IMG/VR virus record: IMGVR_UViG_2861084961_000002
Length of the DNA stretch: 47,167 nt
From: a virus
Lineage: Duplodnaviria > Heunggongvirae > Uroviricota > Caudoviricetes
Direction: 5' to 3' (one strand)
Made by a program: the position numbers and the translations under genes. The stretch's first letter is position 1, and each line of letters starts with the position of its first letter. The notes under the pieces were generated by a model, which was not told the DNA's origin, ran no database searches, and saw nothing but the letters and a program-made list of their open reading frames with translations. This document shows positions 1 to 10,814 of this stretch, piece after piece.

Positions 1-1284
1 CTACTTCTTCGCCTCTGCAACCACTTTGCTACCCACGCCGCGGTTATTGTATTCCCACATGCGGTTGTAGTTAGTGTCATTCAGATTGCGCTGTACTTCG
101 TCGTTATCATCAACGCTGCCGGTGTTACCCGCGAATGGACGATTGGAAATCACCGCATCAGCCCACGGTTTGGCTGTGTTAAAACCTTCGTTGATGGCGC
201 TATCACGGATCACCACCTGACCGTTGGTATTGGCATCAACATCCAGCGAGCGGCCCAGTTGCGCCACGCCATCACCGGAAGCATTGAAACGACTGTTTAC
301 GGCGAGGAAACCGTAGTAAATGTTGGACAGCGTAGCCGGTGCAAACACATACGCTTCTTGCTGAGTACGTGAGTTCACCACGCGGAATTCGGTATTATCG
401 AACACCACTGCGCCGCGACCAGAAACGATATCCACATCCCCTTCAATGTAGCTGTTGGTCACCAGCGTACGCGGCTGACGATTCGTTTCCAGACGGTTCT
501 GCACACCGCTGTTGGTGACAAAGAAGGTGTTCTGACGACCGAGAATGTTAACGTTGTTAATCTGTACCTGGTCACCATCAGTACGCAGTGCCACCGCCGG
601 ATGGTTACCCGCATCTACGCTATCGCCCAGCGTGTTTTCGATGGTCAGGTTTTGCAGTTGCAGTCCATTGTTTTGTGACCAGAAGACCGCAGAGCAGAGA
701 ACGCCGATACTGTCGCTGCGTTTGCTCTGGCAGCTATCGTACATATACCACGCTGGTTTACCTGGCATATATTTGCCGCGCGGGTTGACGTCGTGACGCC
801 AGTCGGCAGGGCTCATGCCCCCATCAAGGGAAAGCCCAATCTTCACATCAATCGGTTTTTCACCTGTACCGTACAGAGTAATTCCACCCGGAGCGGCAGG
901 GACATATACCGTTCCCTGATACTCACCAGGCATCACGGCAATATACTGGCGCTTGTTGGTACGCTTGATAATTGCCGCATCTACCGCCGCCTGAATCGTG
1001 GTATGCGTTACACCTTGAGTACCCGCCGGGCCGACAACAAAGTCAGGTTGTGCAGGCAGGGTAATCGGGGAAGGATTCCACGCTGCCGCACCTGGTGTCA
1101 GGGATGCAAAATAGTGTTGAGCATCGAAATTCTGCGCTTCTTTTGCCGACAGAATCGGGCGAGAAGAGGTACCAGGCGCGGTTTGATCAGAAGGACGTTG
1201 ATCGGGCGGTGTTGAGCTACAGGCGGTCAGCGTCACGCCAAAAGCCAATGCCAGCGCCAGACGGGAAACTGAAAATGTGTTCAC
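1..1284 (-). CDS. ybhC: Host outer-membrane lipoprotein YbhC (pectinesterase/acyl-CoA thioesterase family)
   Basis: 427-aa ORF with signal peptide and lipobox LTAC; it is the gene that flanks lambda attB on the gal side. Confidence 0.85.
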   Translation of the reverse strand: MNTFSVSRLALALAFGVTLTACSSTPPDQRPSDQTAPGTSSRPILSAKEAQNFDAQHYFASLTPGAAAWNPSPITLPAQPDFVVGPAGTQGVTHTTIQAAVDAAIIKRTNKRQYIAVMPGEYQGTVYVPAAPGGITLYGTGEKPIDVKIGLSLDGGMSPADWRHDVNPRGKYMPGKPAWYMYDSCQSKRSDSIGVLCSAVFWSQNNGLQLQNLTIENTLGDSVDAGNHPAVALRTDGDQVQINNVNILGRQNTFFVTNSGVQNRLETNRQPRTLVTNSYIEGDVDIVSGRGAVVFDNTEFRVVNSRTQQEAYVFAPATLSNIYYGFLAVNSRFNASGDGVAQLGRSLDVDANTNGQVVIRDSAINEGFNTAKPWADAVISNRPFAGNTGSVDDNDEVQRNLNDTNYNRMWEYNNRGVGSKVVAEAKK

Positions 1285-1325
1285 AGGTTGCTCCGGGCTA
1301 TGAAATAGAAAAATGAATCCGTTGA

Positions 1326-1418
1326 AGCCTGCTTTTTTATACTAAGTTGGCATTATAAAAAAGCATTGCTTATCAATTTGTTGCAACGAACAGGTCACTA
1401 TCAGTCAAAATAAAATCA
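1326..1418 (+). other. attL: attL: bacterial B arm, 15-bp core GCTTTTTTATACTAA (1331-1345) and phage P' arm
   Basis: Exact lambda core at 1331-1345; downstream sequence GTTGGCATTATAAAAAAGCATTGCTTATCAATTTGTTGCAACGAACAGGTCACTATCAGTCAAAATAAAATCATTATTTG matches the P' arm and runs into int. Confidence 0.9.
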
Positions 1419-2489
1419 TTATTTGATTTCAATTTTGTCCCACTCCCTGCCTCTGTCATCACGATACTGTGATGCCATGGTGTCCGACTTATGCCCGAGA
1501 AGATGTTGAGCAAACTTATCGCTTATCTGCTTCTCATAGAGTCTTGCAGACAAACTGCGCAACTCGTGAAAGGTAGGCGGATCCCCTTCGAAGGAAAGAC
1601 CTGATGCTTTTCGTGCGCGCATAAAATACCTTGATACTGTGCCGGATGAAAGCGGTTCACGACGAGTAGATGCAATTATGGTTTCTCCGCCAAGAATCTT
1701 TTTGCATTTATCAAGTGTTTCCTTCATTGATATCCCGAGAGCATCAACATGCAATGTTGTTGGGATGGCAATTTTTACGCCTGTTTTGCTTTGCTCGACA
1801 TAAAGATATCCATCTACGATATCAGACCACTTCATTTCGCATAAATCACCAACTCGCTGCCCGGTAACAACAGCCAGTTCCATTGCAAGTCTAAGCCAAC
1901 ATGGTGATGATTCTGCTGCTTGATAAATTTTCAGGTATTCGTCAGCCGTAAGTCTTGATCTCCTTACCTCTGATTTTGCAGCGCGAGTGGCTGCGACCGG
2001 GTTTGTTGTTATATGGCCTTCAGCTATAGCCTCTCGGAATGCATCGCTCAGTGTTGATCTGATTAACTTGGCTGATGCCGCCTTGCCCTCGTCTATGTAT
2101 CCATTGAGCATTGCCGCAATTTCTTTTGTGGTGATGTCTTCAAGTGGAGCATCAGGCAGACCCCTCCTTATTGCTTTAATTTTGCTCATGTAATTTATGA
2201 GTGTCTTCTGCTTGATTCCTCTGCTGGCCAGGATTTTTTCGTAGCGATCAAGCCATGAATGTAACGTAACGGAATTATCACTGTTGATTCTCGCTGTCAG
2301 AGGCTTGTGTTTGTGTCCTGAAAATAACTCAATGTTGGCCTGTATAGCTTCAGTGATTGCGATTCGCCTGTCTCGGCCTAATCCAAACTCTTTACCCGTC
2401 CTTGGGTCCCTGTAGCAGTAATATCCATTGTTTCTTATATAAAGGTTAGGGGGTAAATCCCGGCGCTCATGACTTCGCCTTCTTCCCAT
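1419..2489 (-). CDS. int: Integrase (tyrosine recombinase)
   Basis: 356-aa ORF recognised as lambda Int (MGRRRSHERRDLPPNLYIRNNGYYCYRDPRTGKEF...), adjacent to attL P' arm. Confidence 0.97.
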   Translation of the reverse strand: MGRRRSHERRDLPPNLYIRNNGYYCYRDPRTGKEFGLGRDRRIAITEAIQANIELFSGHKHKPLTARINSDNSVTLHSWLDRYEKILASRGIKQKTLINYMSKIKAIRRGLPDAPLEDITTKEIAAMLNGYIDEGKAASAKLIRSTLSDAFREAIAEGHITTNPVAATRAAKSEVRRSRLTADEYLKIYQAAESSPCWLRLAMELAVVTGQRVGDLCEMKWSDIVDGYLYVEQSKTGVKIAIPTTLHVDALGISMKETLDKCKKILGGETIIASTRREPLSSGTVSRYFMRARKASGLSFEGDPPTFHELRSLSARLYEKQISDKFAQHLLGHKSDTMASQYRDDRGREWDKIEIK

Positions 2490-2685
2490 TTCTGATCCTC
2501 TTCAAAAGGCTACCTGTTACTGGTCGATTTAAGTCAACCTTTACCGCTGATTCGTGGAACAGATACTCTCTTCCATCCTTAACCGGAGGAGGGAATATCC
2601 TGCACTCGCGTACCCATCGACGAACTGTTTCAAGGCTTCTTGGGCGTCGCTGGCGTGCGTTCCACTCCTGAAGTGTCAAGTACAT
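2467..2685 (-). CDS. xis: Excisionase
   Basis: 72-aa ORF recognised as lambda Xis (MYLTLQEWNARQRRPRSLETVRRWVRECRIFPPPVKDGREYLFHESAVKVDLNRP...), overlaps int start. Confidence 0.95.
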   Translation of the reverse strand: MYLTLQEWNARQRRPRSLETVRRWVRECRIFPPPVKDGREYLFHESAVKVDLNRPVTGSLLKRIRNGKKAKS

Positions 2686-2724
2686 CGCAAAGTCTCCGCA
2701 ATTACACGCAAGAAAAAACCGCCA

Positions 2725-2892
2725 TCAGGCGGCTTGGTGTTCTTTCAGTTCTTCAATTCGAATATTGGTTACGTCTGCATGTGCTATCTGCGCCCACAGC
2801 ATCCAGTGGTCATAGCAGTCGCTGATGTTCTCGGCTTCGATAACTCTGTTGAATGGTTCTCCATTCCATTCACCTGTGACTCGGAAGTGCAT
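2725..2892 (-). CDS. Small hypothetical protein, 55 aa (lambda orf55-like)
   Basis: Hand-translated ORF MHFRVTGEWNGEPFNRVIEAENISDCYDHWMLWAQIAHADVTNIRIEELKEHQAA, below the 60-aa track cutoff; same position as the small ORF upstream of xis in lambda. Confidence 0.6.
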   Translation of the reverse strand: MHFRVTGEWNGEPFNRVIEAENISDCYDHWMLWAQIAHADVTNIRIEELKEHQAA

Positions 2893-2904
2893 TTATCATC
2901 TCCA

Positions 2905-2929
2905 TAAAAAAAACTCGCCGTAGCGAGTT
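2905..2929 (-). terminator. Rho-independent terminator (minus strand)
   Basis: Stem AACTCGC/GCGAGTT with 4-nt loop; A-run on plus strand gives a U-run on the minus transcript. Confidence 0.55.
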
Positions 2930-3087
2930 CAGATAAAAGAAATCCCCGCGAGTGCGAGGATAGTTATTCATTGTCGATATTTACATTTATTTCGAATATC
3001 TTTACTGGGTAATCGCCAAAGTCATATATTTTTTATTCTGTTTTATAAGCACTACCAAGTACTGCTTATTACAAATAAGAAAAGGCT

Positions 3088-3118
3088 GAAAAAATATTTA
3101 AGGCCACAACTGTGGCCC
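3088..3118 (-). terminator. Putative terminator downstream of the secreted-protein gene
   Basis: Palindrome GGCCACA-ac-TGTGGCC followed on the minus strand by a T-rich tract. Confidence 0.45.
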
Positions 3119-3127
3119 TAAATTTAC

Positions 3128-3826
3128 TTACGGCACTGCGTTAATCAGATTACAAATACCTCTTTTGGCAGGGTCTGAATTCAACTTCTGAAAATTGGCG
3201 TTCAACATAGCCGTGTGTAAGTGATTCTCAACCTCAAAGAATAGGTCGATTTTGCCCTCTTTGGCTGCCTGTTTCTTCCAAATATTCACTTGGTCATCAG
3301 CAATACGACTAGCGCAAGTGAACAAGAACGAACTGCCTCTAGGAATGGATGTCGTGCTGTAATACTCACCATCTACTTCTACATATTTAGCTCGGAATGA
3401 CTCTAAGGTTAGCTTATTGCCGTTCTTGACCGACTTAGCTTCTGCCTTACTTGTATCTTCCTGCTCTTTAGAATGTTTCTGCGCCGACGTGGGTATGTCA
3501 TTGGCCGCTGTTACGCTGACTGAACTCCCCAAACCTTTGAGGCCATTAATTTGGATAAGATAAGCCAGCTCCAGAGCCTTATTATCAGTGAGTTTTCCAC
3601 GCATATTTACCCACTGACGTTGAACCATTTTTAGGGTGTCTGCGTTCTCTGGGTTTCCTTTGAGGGCACTAGAATAGGCAGAGCTAAGCTGTTCGTCTAA
3701 TTTTGACAGACGTTCGTTATCGCAGATTTTATGTTCGATTGCTGTCGAAGCCTTTTGGCAGTCAAAGCTGGCTGCAAATGCACCCGGCGATGCCACTAAC
3801 AATGATGCCAGTAGGATATTTTTCAT
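3128..3826 (-). CDS. Secreted protein with N-terminal LprI/DUF1311-like domain (accessory moron)
   Basis: Start chosen at MKNILLASLLVASPGAFAAS (Sec signal, AFA-A cleavage) with GGAG 7 nt upstream; FDCQKA...ICDNERLSKLDEQLSSAYSSAL...QRQWVNMR matches the LprI-type motif; AT-rich flanks. Confidence 0.7.
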   Translation of the reverse strand: MKNILLASLLVASPGAFAASFDCQKASTAIEHKICDNERLSKLDEQLSSAYSSALKGNPENADTLKMVQRQWVNMRGKLTDNKALELAYLIQINGLKGLGSSVSVTAANDIPTSAQKHSKEQEDTSKAEAKSVKNGNKLTLESFRAKYVEVDGEYYSTTSIPRGSSFLFTCASRIADDQVNIWKKQAAKEGKIDLFFEVENHLHTAMLNANFQKLNSDPAKRGICNLINAVP

Positions 3827-3956
3827 ATTCACTCCATAAATACAAAAGCGCATTACTATAGCACTTAACCGATCGCTTATCTCGCCCGTTCGTCATTCTT
3901 ATCTAACCAGAACATGCGACTGCCACAGCACATGTCGAGGATTGCTGCATGTCCAG

Positions 3957-4505
3957 TCACTGGTTGCCTCCTTTGCGAAGCTGGGCGGCTAACTCATCAC
4001 ATATGTGCGTCAAAGAGCAAAGTTTGATTGATGGATGTTCGCGCATCATCTCCACCCCCTGCGCCCGTACTTCAGCCAGGAAAGCATCGGTGGCTGGCAT
4101 ATTTCCTGTTGCCTTCATGGCCTCCAAAATAACCAGAACACCATCTCTCCCAATCTCCTCGCAGATAACCTCGGTGCTGTCGCCAACAACATCGCAGAAT
4201 TCCTGAACTGCTTTACGAGCCAGCTCATTCTCCGCCGCCAGCGCCGAAAACTTCTCGTGTGCCAACTTAACAGCTGCATCAGCCTGCTTAATTGACTCAG
4301 TCGCTTTCTGGTGGTCTTCGGCCAGCCCTGCTAAATCAGCCTCCAGTTCGGCTAGGCGTTCATTTAATGCATCTCGTTCATCCAGTAGAGCCAGCACAAC
4401 CTGAGGTGTGACTTTCATACGAAATGCCAGCAATTTTTGAGGTGTTGCTACTGTTTCAATTGCTACTGCCGCCTCACGCAGTGCCTGAGAGTTAATTTCG
4501 CTCAC
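3957..4505 (-). CDS. ea22: Ea22-like early protein (coiled-coil)
   Basis: 182-aa ORF, same length and N-terminus (MSEINSQALREAA...) as I recall for lambda Ea22; same map position. Confidence 0.6.
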   Translation of the reverse strand: MSEINSQALREAAVAIETVATPQKLLAFRMKVTPQVVLALLDERDALNERLAELEADLAGLAEDHQKATESIKQADAAVKLAHEKFSALAAENELARKAVQEFCDVVGDSTEVICEEIGRDGVLVILEAMKATGNMPATDAFLAEVRAQGVEMMREHPSIKLCSLTHICDELAAQLRKGGNQ

Positions 4506-4723
4506 TTCGAACCTCTCTGTTTACTGATAAGTTCCAGATCCTCCTGGCAACTTGCACAAGTCCGACAACCCTGAACGGCCAAGCGTCTTCGTTCATCTAT
4601 CGGATCGCCACACTCACAACAATGAGTGGCAGATATAGCCTGGTGGTTCAGGCGGCGCATTTTTATTGCTGTGTTGCGCTGTAATTCTTCAATTTCTGAT
4701 GCTGAATCAATGATGTCTGCCAT
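4502..4723 (-). CDS. DksA/TraR-family C4 zinc-finger protein
   Basis: 73-aa ORF with CxxC...CxxC (CCECGDPIDERRRLAVQGCRTCASC); ATGA overlap with downstream gene. Confidence 0.7.
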   Translation of the reverse strand: MADIIDSASEIEELQRNTAIKMRRLNHQAISATHCCECGDPIDERRRLAVQGCRTCASCQEDLELISKQRGSK

Positions 4724-4821
4724 CTTTCATTAATCCCTGAATTGTTGGTTAATACGCTTGAGGGTGAATGCGAATAATAAAAAAGGAGCCTGTAGCTCCC
4801 TGATGATTTTGCTTTTCATGT

Positions 4822-5037
4822 TCACCGTTCCTTAAAGACGCCGTTCAACATGCCGATCGCCAGGCTTAAATGAGTCGGTGTGAATCCCATCAGCGTTACC
4901 GTTTCGCGGTGCTTCTTTAGTACGCTACGGCAAATGTCATCGACGTTTTTATCCGGAAACTGCTGTCTGGCTTTTTTGATTTCAGAATTAGCCTGACGGG
5001 CAATGCTGCGAAGGGCGTTTTCTTGCTGAGGTGTCAT
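4822..5037 (-). CDS. Hypothetical early protein (lambda orf60a position); start uncertain, alternative ATG at 5103
   Basis: ORF in the position lambda orf60a occupies between orf63 and ea22; protein not recognised. Confidence 0.45.
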   Translation of the reverse strand: MTPQQENALRSIARQANSEIKKARQQFPDKNVDDICRSVLKKHRETVTLMGFTPTHLSLAIGMLNGVFKER

Positions 5038-5113
5038 TGAACAAGCCCCATGTCGGCAAGCATAAGCACACAGAATATGAAGCCCGCTGCCAGAAAAATG
5101 CATTCAGTGGTTG

Positions 5114-5305
5114 TCATACCTGGTCTCTCTCATCTGCTTCTGCTTTCGCCACCATCATTTCCAGCTTTTGTGAAAGGGATGCGGCTAACGTATGAAATTC
5201 TTCGTCTGTTTCTACTGGTATTGGCACAAACCTGACTCCAATTTGAGCGAGGCTATGTGCCATCTCGATACTCGTTCTTAACTCAACGGGAGATGCTTTG
5301 TGCAT
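5114..5305 (-). CDS. Hypothetical early protein (lambda orf63-like)
   Basis: 63-aa ORF in the same position and of the same length as lambda orf63. Confidence 0.6.
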   Translation of the reverse strand: MHKASPVELRTSIEMAHSLAQIGVRFVPIPVETDEEFHTLAASLSQKLEMMVAKAEADERDQV

Positions 5306-5466
5306 ACAGCTCCCCGTTTATTATTTATCTCCTCAGCCAGCCGCTGTGCTTTCAGGGGATTTCTGATAACAGAAAGGCCGGGAAATACCCAGCCTCGCTT
5401 TGTAATGGAGTAGACGAAAGTGATCGCGCCTACCCGGATATTATCGTGAGGATGCGTCATCGCCAT
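5278..5466 (-). CDS. Hypothetical early protein (lambda orf61-like)
   Basis: 62-aa ORF immediately downstream of exo, overlapping exo stop. Confidence 0.55.
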   Translation of the reverse strand: MAMTHPHDNIRVGAITFVYSITKRGWVFPGLSVIRNPLKAQRLAEEINNKRGAVCTKHLPLS

Positions 5467-6137
5467 TGCTCCCCAAATACAAAACCAATTTCAGCCAGTG
5501 CCTCGTCCATTTTTTCGATGAACTCCGGCACCATCTCGTCAAAACTCGCCATGTAATTTTCATCCCGCTCAACCACGACATAATGCAGGCCTTCACGCTT
5601 CATTCGTGGGTCATAGTTGGCAAAGTACCAGGCATCTTTTCGCGTCACCCACATGCTGTACTGCACCTGGGCCATGTAAGCCGATTTTATGGCCTCGAAA
5701 CCACCGAGCCGGAACTTCATGAAATCCCGGGAGGTAAACGGGCATTTCAGTTCAAGGCCGTTGCCGTCACTGCATAAACCATCGGGAGAGCAGGCGGTGC
5801 GCATACTTTCGTCGCGATAGATGATCGGGGATTCAGTAACATTAACGCCGGAAGTGAACTCAAAGAGGGTTCTGGCGTCGTTCTCGTACTGTTTTCCCCA
5901 GGCCAGCGCCTTAGCGTTAACTTCCGGAGCCACACCGGTGCAAACCTCAGCCAGCAGGGTGTGGAAGTAGGACATTTTCATGTCAGGCCACTTCTTTCCT
6001 GAGCGGGGCTTTGCTATCACGTTGTGAACTTCTGAAGCGGTGATGACGCCGAGCCGTAATTTGTGCCATGCATCATCCCCCTGTTCGACAGCTCTCACGT
6101 CGATCCCGGTACGCTGCAGGATAATGTCCGGTGTCAT
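5457..6137 (-). CDS. exo: Exonuclease (Red alpha)
   Basis: 226-aa ORF recognised as lambda Exo ([65 protein letters not shown]...). Confidence 0.97.
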   Translation of the reverse strand: MTPDIILQRTGIDVRAVEQGDDAWHKLRLGVITASEVHNVIAKPRSGKKWPDMKMSYFHTLLAEVCTGVAPEVNAKALAWGKQYENDARTLFEFTSGVNVTESPIIYRDESMRTACSPDGLCSDGNGLELKCPFTSRDFMKFRLGGFEAIKSAYMAQVQYSMWVTRKDAWYFANYDPRMKREGLHYVVVERDENYMASFDEMVPEFIEKMDEALAEIGFVFGEQWR

Positions 6138-6919
6138 GCAGCCACCTTCTGTTCAGAGGCTTTCTGTTTCAGGAATCCAAGAGCTTTCATTGCTTCGGCC
6201 TGTGTCAGTTCTGACGATGCGCGAATGTCGCGGCGAAATATCTGGGAACAGAGCGGCAATAAGTCGTCATCCCATGTTTTGTCCAGGGCAATCAGCATAG
6301 TGTTAATCTCCTGCATGGTTTCATCGTTAACCGGAGTGATGTCGCGTTCCGGCTGACGTTCTGCAGTGTATGCGGTATTTTCGACAATGCGCTCGGCTTC
6401 ATCCTTGTCATAGATACCAGCAAATCCGAAGGCCAGACGGGCACACTGAATCATGGCTTTATGCCGTAACATCCGTTTGGGATGCGACTGCCACGGTCCG
6501 GTGATTTCTCTGCCTTCGCGGGTTTTGAATGGTTCGCGGCGGCATTCATCCATCCACTCGGTAACGCAGATCGGATGATTACGGTCCTTGCGGTAAATCC
6601 GGCATGTACATGATTCATTGTCCTGCTCAAAGTCCATGCCATCAAACTGCTGGTTTTCATTGATGATACGGGACCAGCCATCAACGCCCACCACCGGAAC
6701 GATGCCGTTCTGCTTGTCAGGGAAGGCGTAAATTTCTTTCGTCCACGGATTAAGGCCGTACTGGTTGGCGACGATCAACAATGCGATGAACTGCGCATCG
6801 CTGGCATCGCCTTTAAATGCCGTCTGGCGAAGAGTGGTGATCAGTTCCTGTGGGTCGACAGAATCCATGCCGACACGTTCAGCCAGCTTCCCTGCCAGCG
6901 TTGCGAGTGCTGTACTCAT
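6134..6919 (-). CDS. bet: Bet single-strand annealing protein (Red beta)
   Basis: 261-aa ORF recognised as lambda Bet ([66 protein letters not shown]...). Confidence 0.97.
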   Translation of the reverse strand: MSTALATLAGKLAERVGMDSVDPQELITTLRQTAFKGDASDAQFIALLIVANQYGLNPWTKEIYAFPDKQNGIVPVVGVDGWSRIINENQQFDGMDFEQDNESCTCRIYRKDRNHPICVTEWMDECRREPFKTREGREITGPWQSHPKRMLRHKAMIQCARLAFGFAGIYDKDEAERIVENTAYTAERQPERDITPVNDETMQEINTMLIALDKTWDDDLLPLCSQIFRRDIRASSELTQAEAMKALGFLKQKASEQKVAA

Positions 6920-6924
6920 CCGTT

Positions 6925-7341
6925 TTATACCTCTGAATCAATATCAACCTGATGGTGAGCAATGGTTTCAACCATGTACCGGATGTGTTCTGCCATGCGC
7001 TCCTGAAACTCAACATCGTCATCAAACGCACGGGTAATGGCTTTTTTGCTGGCCCCGTGGCGTTGCAAATGATCGATGCATAGCGATTCAAACAGGTGCT
7101 GGGGCAGGCCTTTTTCCATGTCGTCTGCCAGTTCTGCCTCTTTCTCTTCACGGGCTATCTGCTGGTAGTGACGCGCCCAGCTCTGAGCCTCAAGACGATC
7201 CTGAATGTAATAAGCGTTCATGGCCGAACTCCTGAAATAGCTGTGAAAATATCGCCCGCGAAATGCCGGGCTGATTAGGAAAACAGGAAAGGGGGTTAGT
7301 GAATGCTTTTGCTTGATCTCAGTTTCAGTATTAATATCCAT
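6925..7341 (-). CDS. gam: Gam, RecBCD inhibitor
   Basis: 138-aa ORF recognised as lambda Gam ([61 protein letters not shown]...). Confidence 0.95.
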   Translation of the reverse strand: MDINTETEIKQKHSLTPFPVFLISPAFRGRYFHSYFRSSAMNAYYIQDRLEAQSWARHYQQIAREEKEAELADDMEKGLPQHLFESLCIDHLQRHGASKKAITRAFDDDVEFQERMAEHIRYMVETIAHHQVDIDSEV

Positions 7342-7439
7342 TTTTTATAAGCGTCGACGGCCTCACGAAACATCTTTTCATCGCCAATAAAAGTGGCAAT
7401 AGTGAATTTTGTCTGGATAGCCATAAGTTTTTTATCCAT
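7296..7439 (-). CDS. kil: Kil, host cell-division inhibitor
   Basis: 47-aa [50 protein letters not shown] inside the longer track ORF 7296-7565. Confidence 0.85.
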   Translation of the reverse strand: MDKKLMAIQTKFTIATFIGDEKMFREAVDAYKKWILILKLRSSKSIH

Positions 7440-7572
7440 TTTTGGGTACTCCTGGCTGATTAAGTATGTCGATAAGGCGTTTCCATCCGTCACGTAATTT
7501 ACGGGTGATTCGTTCAAGTAAAGATTCGGAAGGGCAGCCAGCAACAGGCCACCCTGCAATGGCATATTGCAT
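7432..7572 (-). CDS. cIII: CIII, FtsH inhibitor (C-terminus 8 aa shorter than the 54 aa I recall for lambda)
   Basis: [46 protein letters not shown]; AAGGAG RBS upstream. Confidence 0.85.
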   Translation of the reverse strand: MQYAIAGWPVAGCPSESLLERITRKLRDGWKRLIDILNQPGVPKNG

Positions 7573-7710
7573 GGTGTGCTCCTTATTTATACATAACGAA
7601 AAACGCCTCGAGTGAAGCGTTATTGGTATGCGGTAAAGCCGCACTCAGGCGGCCTTGATAGCCATATCATCTGAATCAAATATTCCTGATGTATCGATAT
7701 CGGTAATTCT

Positions 7711-7782
7711 TATTCCTTCGCTACCATCCATTGGAGGCCATCCTTCCTGACCATTTCCATCATTCCAGTCGAACTCACACTG
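7711..7782 (-). pseudogene. 3' fragment of the early-left gene split by the IS insertion (partner fragment 9031-9266)
   Basis: Removing the IS and one copy of the 3-bp duplication restores a continuous frame ...YGVVCEFDWNDGNGQEGCGLQWMVAKE* ending at 7710-7712. Confidence 0.55.
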
Positions 7783-7810
7783 AAGTGGTCAACAAAAACT
7801 GGCCACCGAG

Positions 7811-8958
<1,148 letters not shown>

Positions 8959-9030
8959 TATGGCACCTGTGTTGTTCTGAGGTGAGCATATCACCTCTGT
9001 TCAGGTGGCCAAATTCAGTAAACCACTTCA

Positions 9031-9266
9031 CACACAACACCATATGCATTTAAGTCGCTTGAAATTGCTATAAGCAGAGCATGTTGCGCCAGCATGATTA
9101 ATACAGCATTTAATACAGAGCCGTGTTTATTGAGTCGGTATTCAGAGTCTGACCAGAAATTATTAATCTGGTGAAGTTTTTCCTCTGTCATTACGTCATG
9201 GTCGATTTCAATTTCTATTGATGCTTTCCAGTCGTAATCAATGATGTATTTTTTGATGTTTGACAC
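9031..9266 (-). pseudogene. 5' fragment (78 codons) of a hypothetical early-left gene interrupted by the IS911-like element
   Basis: Track ORF 9015-9266 reads out of the flank into the IS end, where it hits a stop after 5 codons. Confidence 0.6.
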
Positions 9267-9283
9267 CTATTCATATCCTCATA

Positions 9284-9312
9284 GATAAAAAATCGCCCTC
9301 ACACTGGAGGGC
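9284..9312 (-). terminator. Rho-independent terminator on the pL transcript (tL1-like)
   Basis: Stem GCCCTC/GAGGGC with 6-nt loop, followed on the minus strand by TTTTTTAT. Confidence 0.6.
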
Positions 9313-9435
9313 AAAGAAGATTTCCAATAATCAGAACAAGTCGGCTCCTGTTTAGTTACGAGCGACATTGCTCCGTGTATTCACTCGTTGGAATAAATAC
9401 ACAGTGCAGTGTTTATTAGTATGCCTGTCTTTTAA

Positions 9436-10333
<898 letters not shown>

Positions 10334-10491
10334 CTGGATTCTCTTGTCAGTTAGCTTTGGTGGTGTGTGGGAGTCGTAGTCCTGAACGAAAACACCCCAC
10401 GATTGGCTCATTTGCAGCTAATCCGGATTCGCACTTCCGGCCAATGTTTCGTTTCGTATCACACACCCCAAAGCCTTCTGCTTTGAATGCT

Positions 10492-10525
10492 GCCCTTCTT
10501 CAGGGCTTAATTTTTAAGAGCATCA
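10492..10525 (-). promoter_or_regulatory. nutL: nutL (boxA and boxB)
   Basis: Minus-strand reading TGCTCTTAAAAATTAAGCCCTGAAGAAGGGCAG; boxB hairpin GCCCTGAAGAAGGGC. Confidence 0.85.
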
Positions 10526-10558
10526 CCTTCATGTGGGTTAGTGCGTCCTGCTGGTGTG

Positions 10559-10624
10559 TTTAGTATCACCGCTAGTGGTATTTGTGTCAACACCGCCAGA
10601 GATAATTTATCACCGCAGATGGTT
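10559..10624 (-). promoter_or_regulatory. pL promoter with operators oL1, oL2, oL3
   Basis: TATCACCGCTAGTGGTA, CAACACCGCCAGAGATA, TATCACCGCAGATGGTT; -35 TTGACA and -10 GATACT on the minus strand. Confidence 0.9.
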
Positions 10625-10777
10625 ATCTGTATGTTTTTTATATAGATTTATTTTTTGCAGGGTTGTGTGGCTTGGGAGGTGATCGAGAGATCAGAATTGC
10701 GTTGTTTAGTGAGTTGCACCTATTAATTTTAAAATAAATACAATTGGTTATGTGTTTTTAGGTGGGGCGATCGTGAG

Positions 10778-10807
10778 GCAAAGAAAACCCGGCTCGGTGG
10801 CCGGGTT
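10778..10807 (-). terminator. Rho-independent terminator after the NYN-domain gene
   Basis: Stem AACCCGG/CCGGGTT followed by TTTTCTTTG on the minus strand, 8 nt after the stop codon. Confidence 0.6.
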
Positions 10808-10814
10808 GATGGGA

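Noticed and set aside
545-1316. Plus-strand ORFs (66-140 aa) overlapping ybhC
   Set aside because: Antisense to a full-length host gene; Arg/Cys-rich products with no start context.
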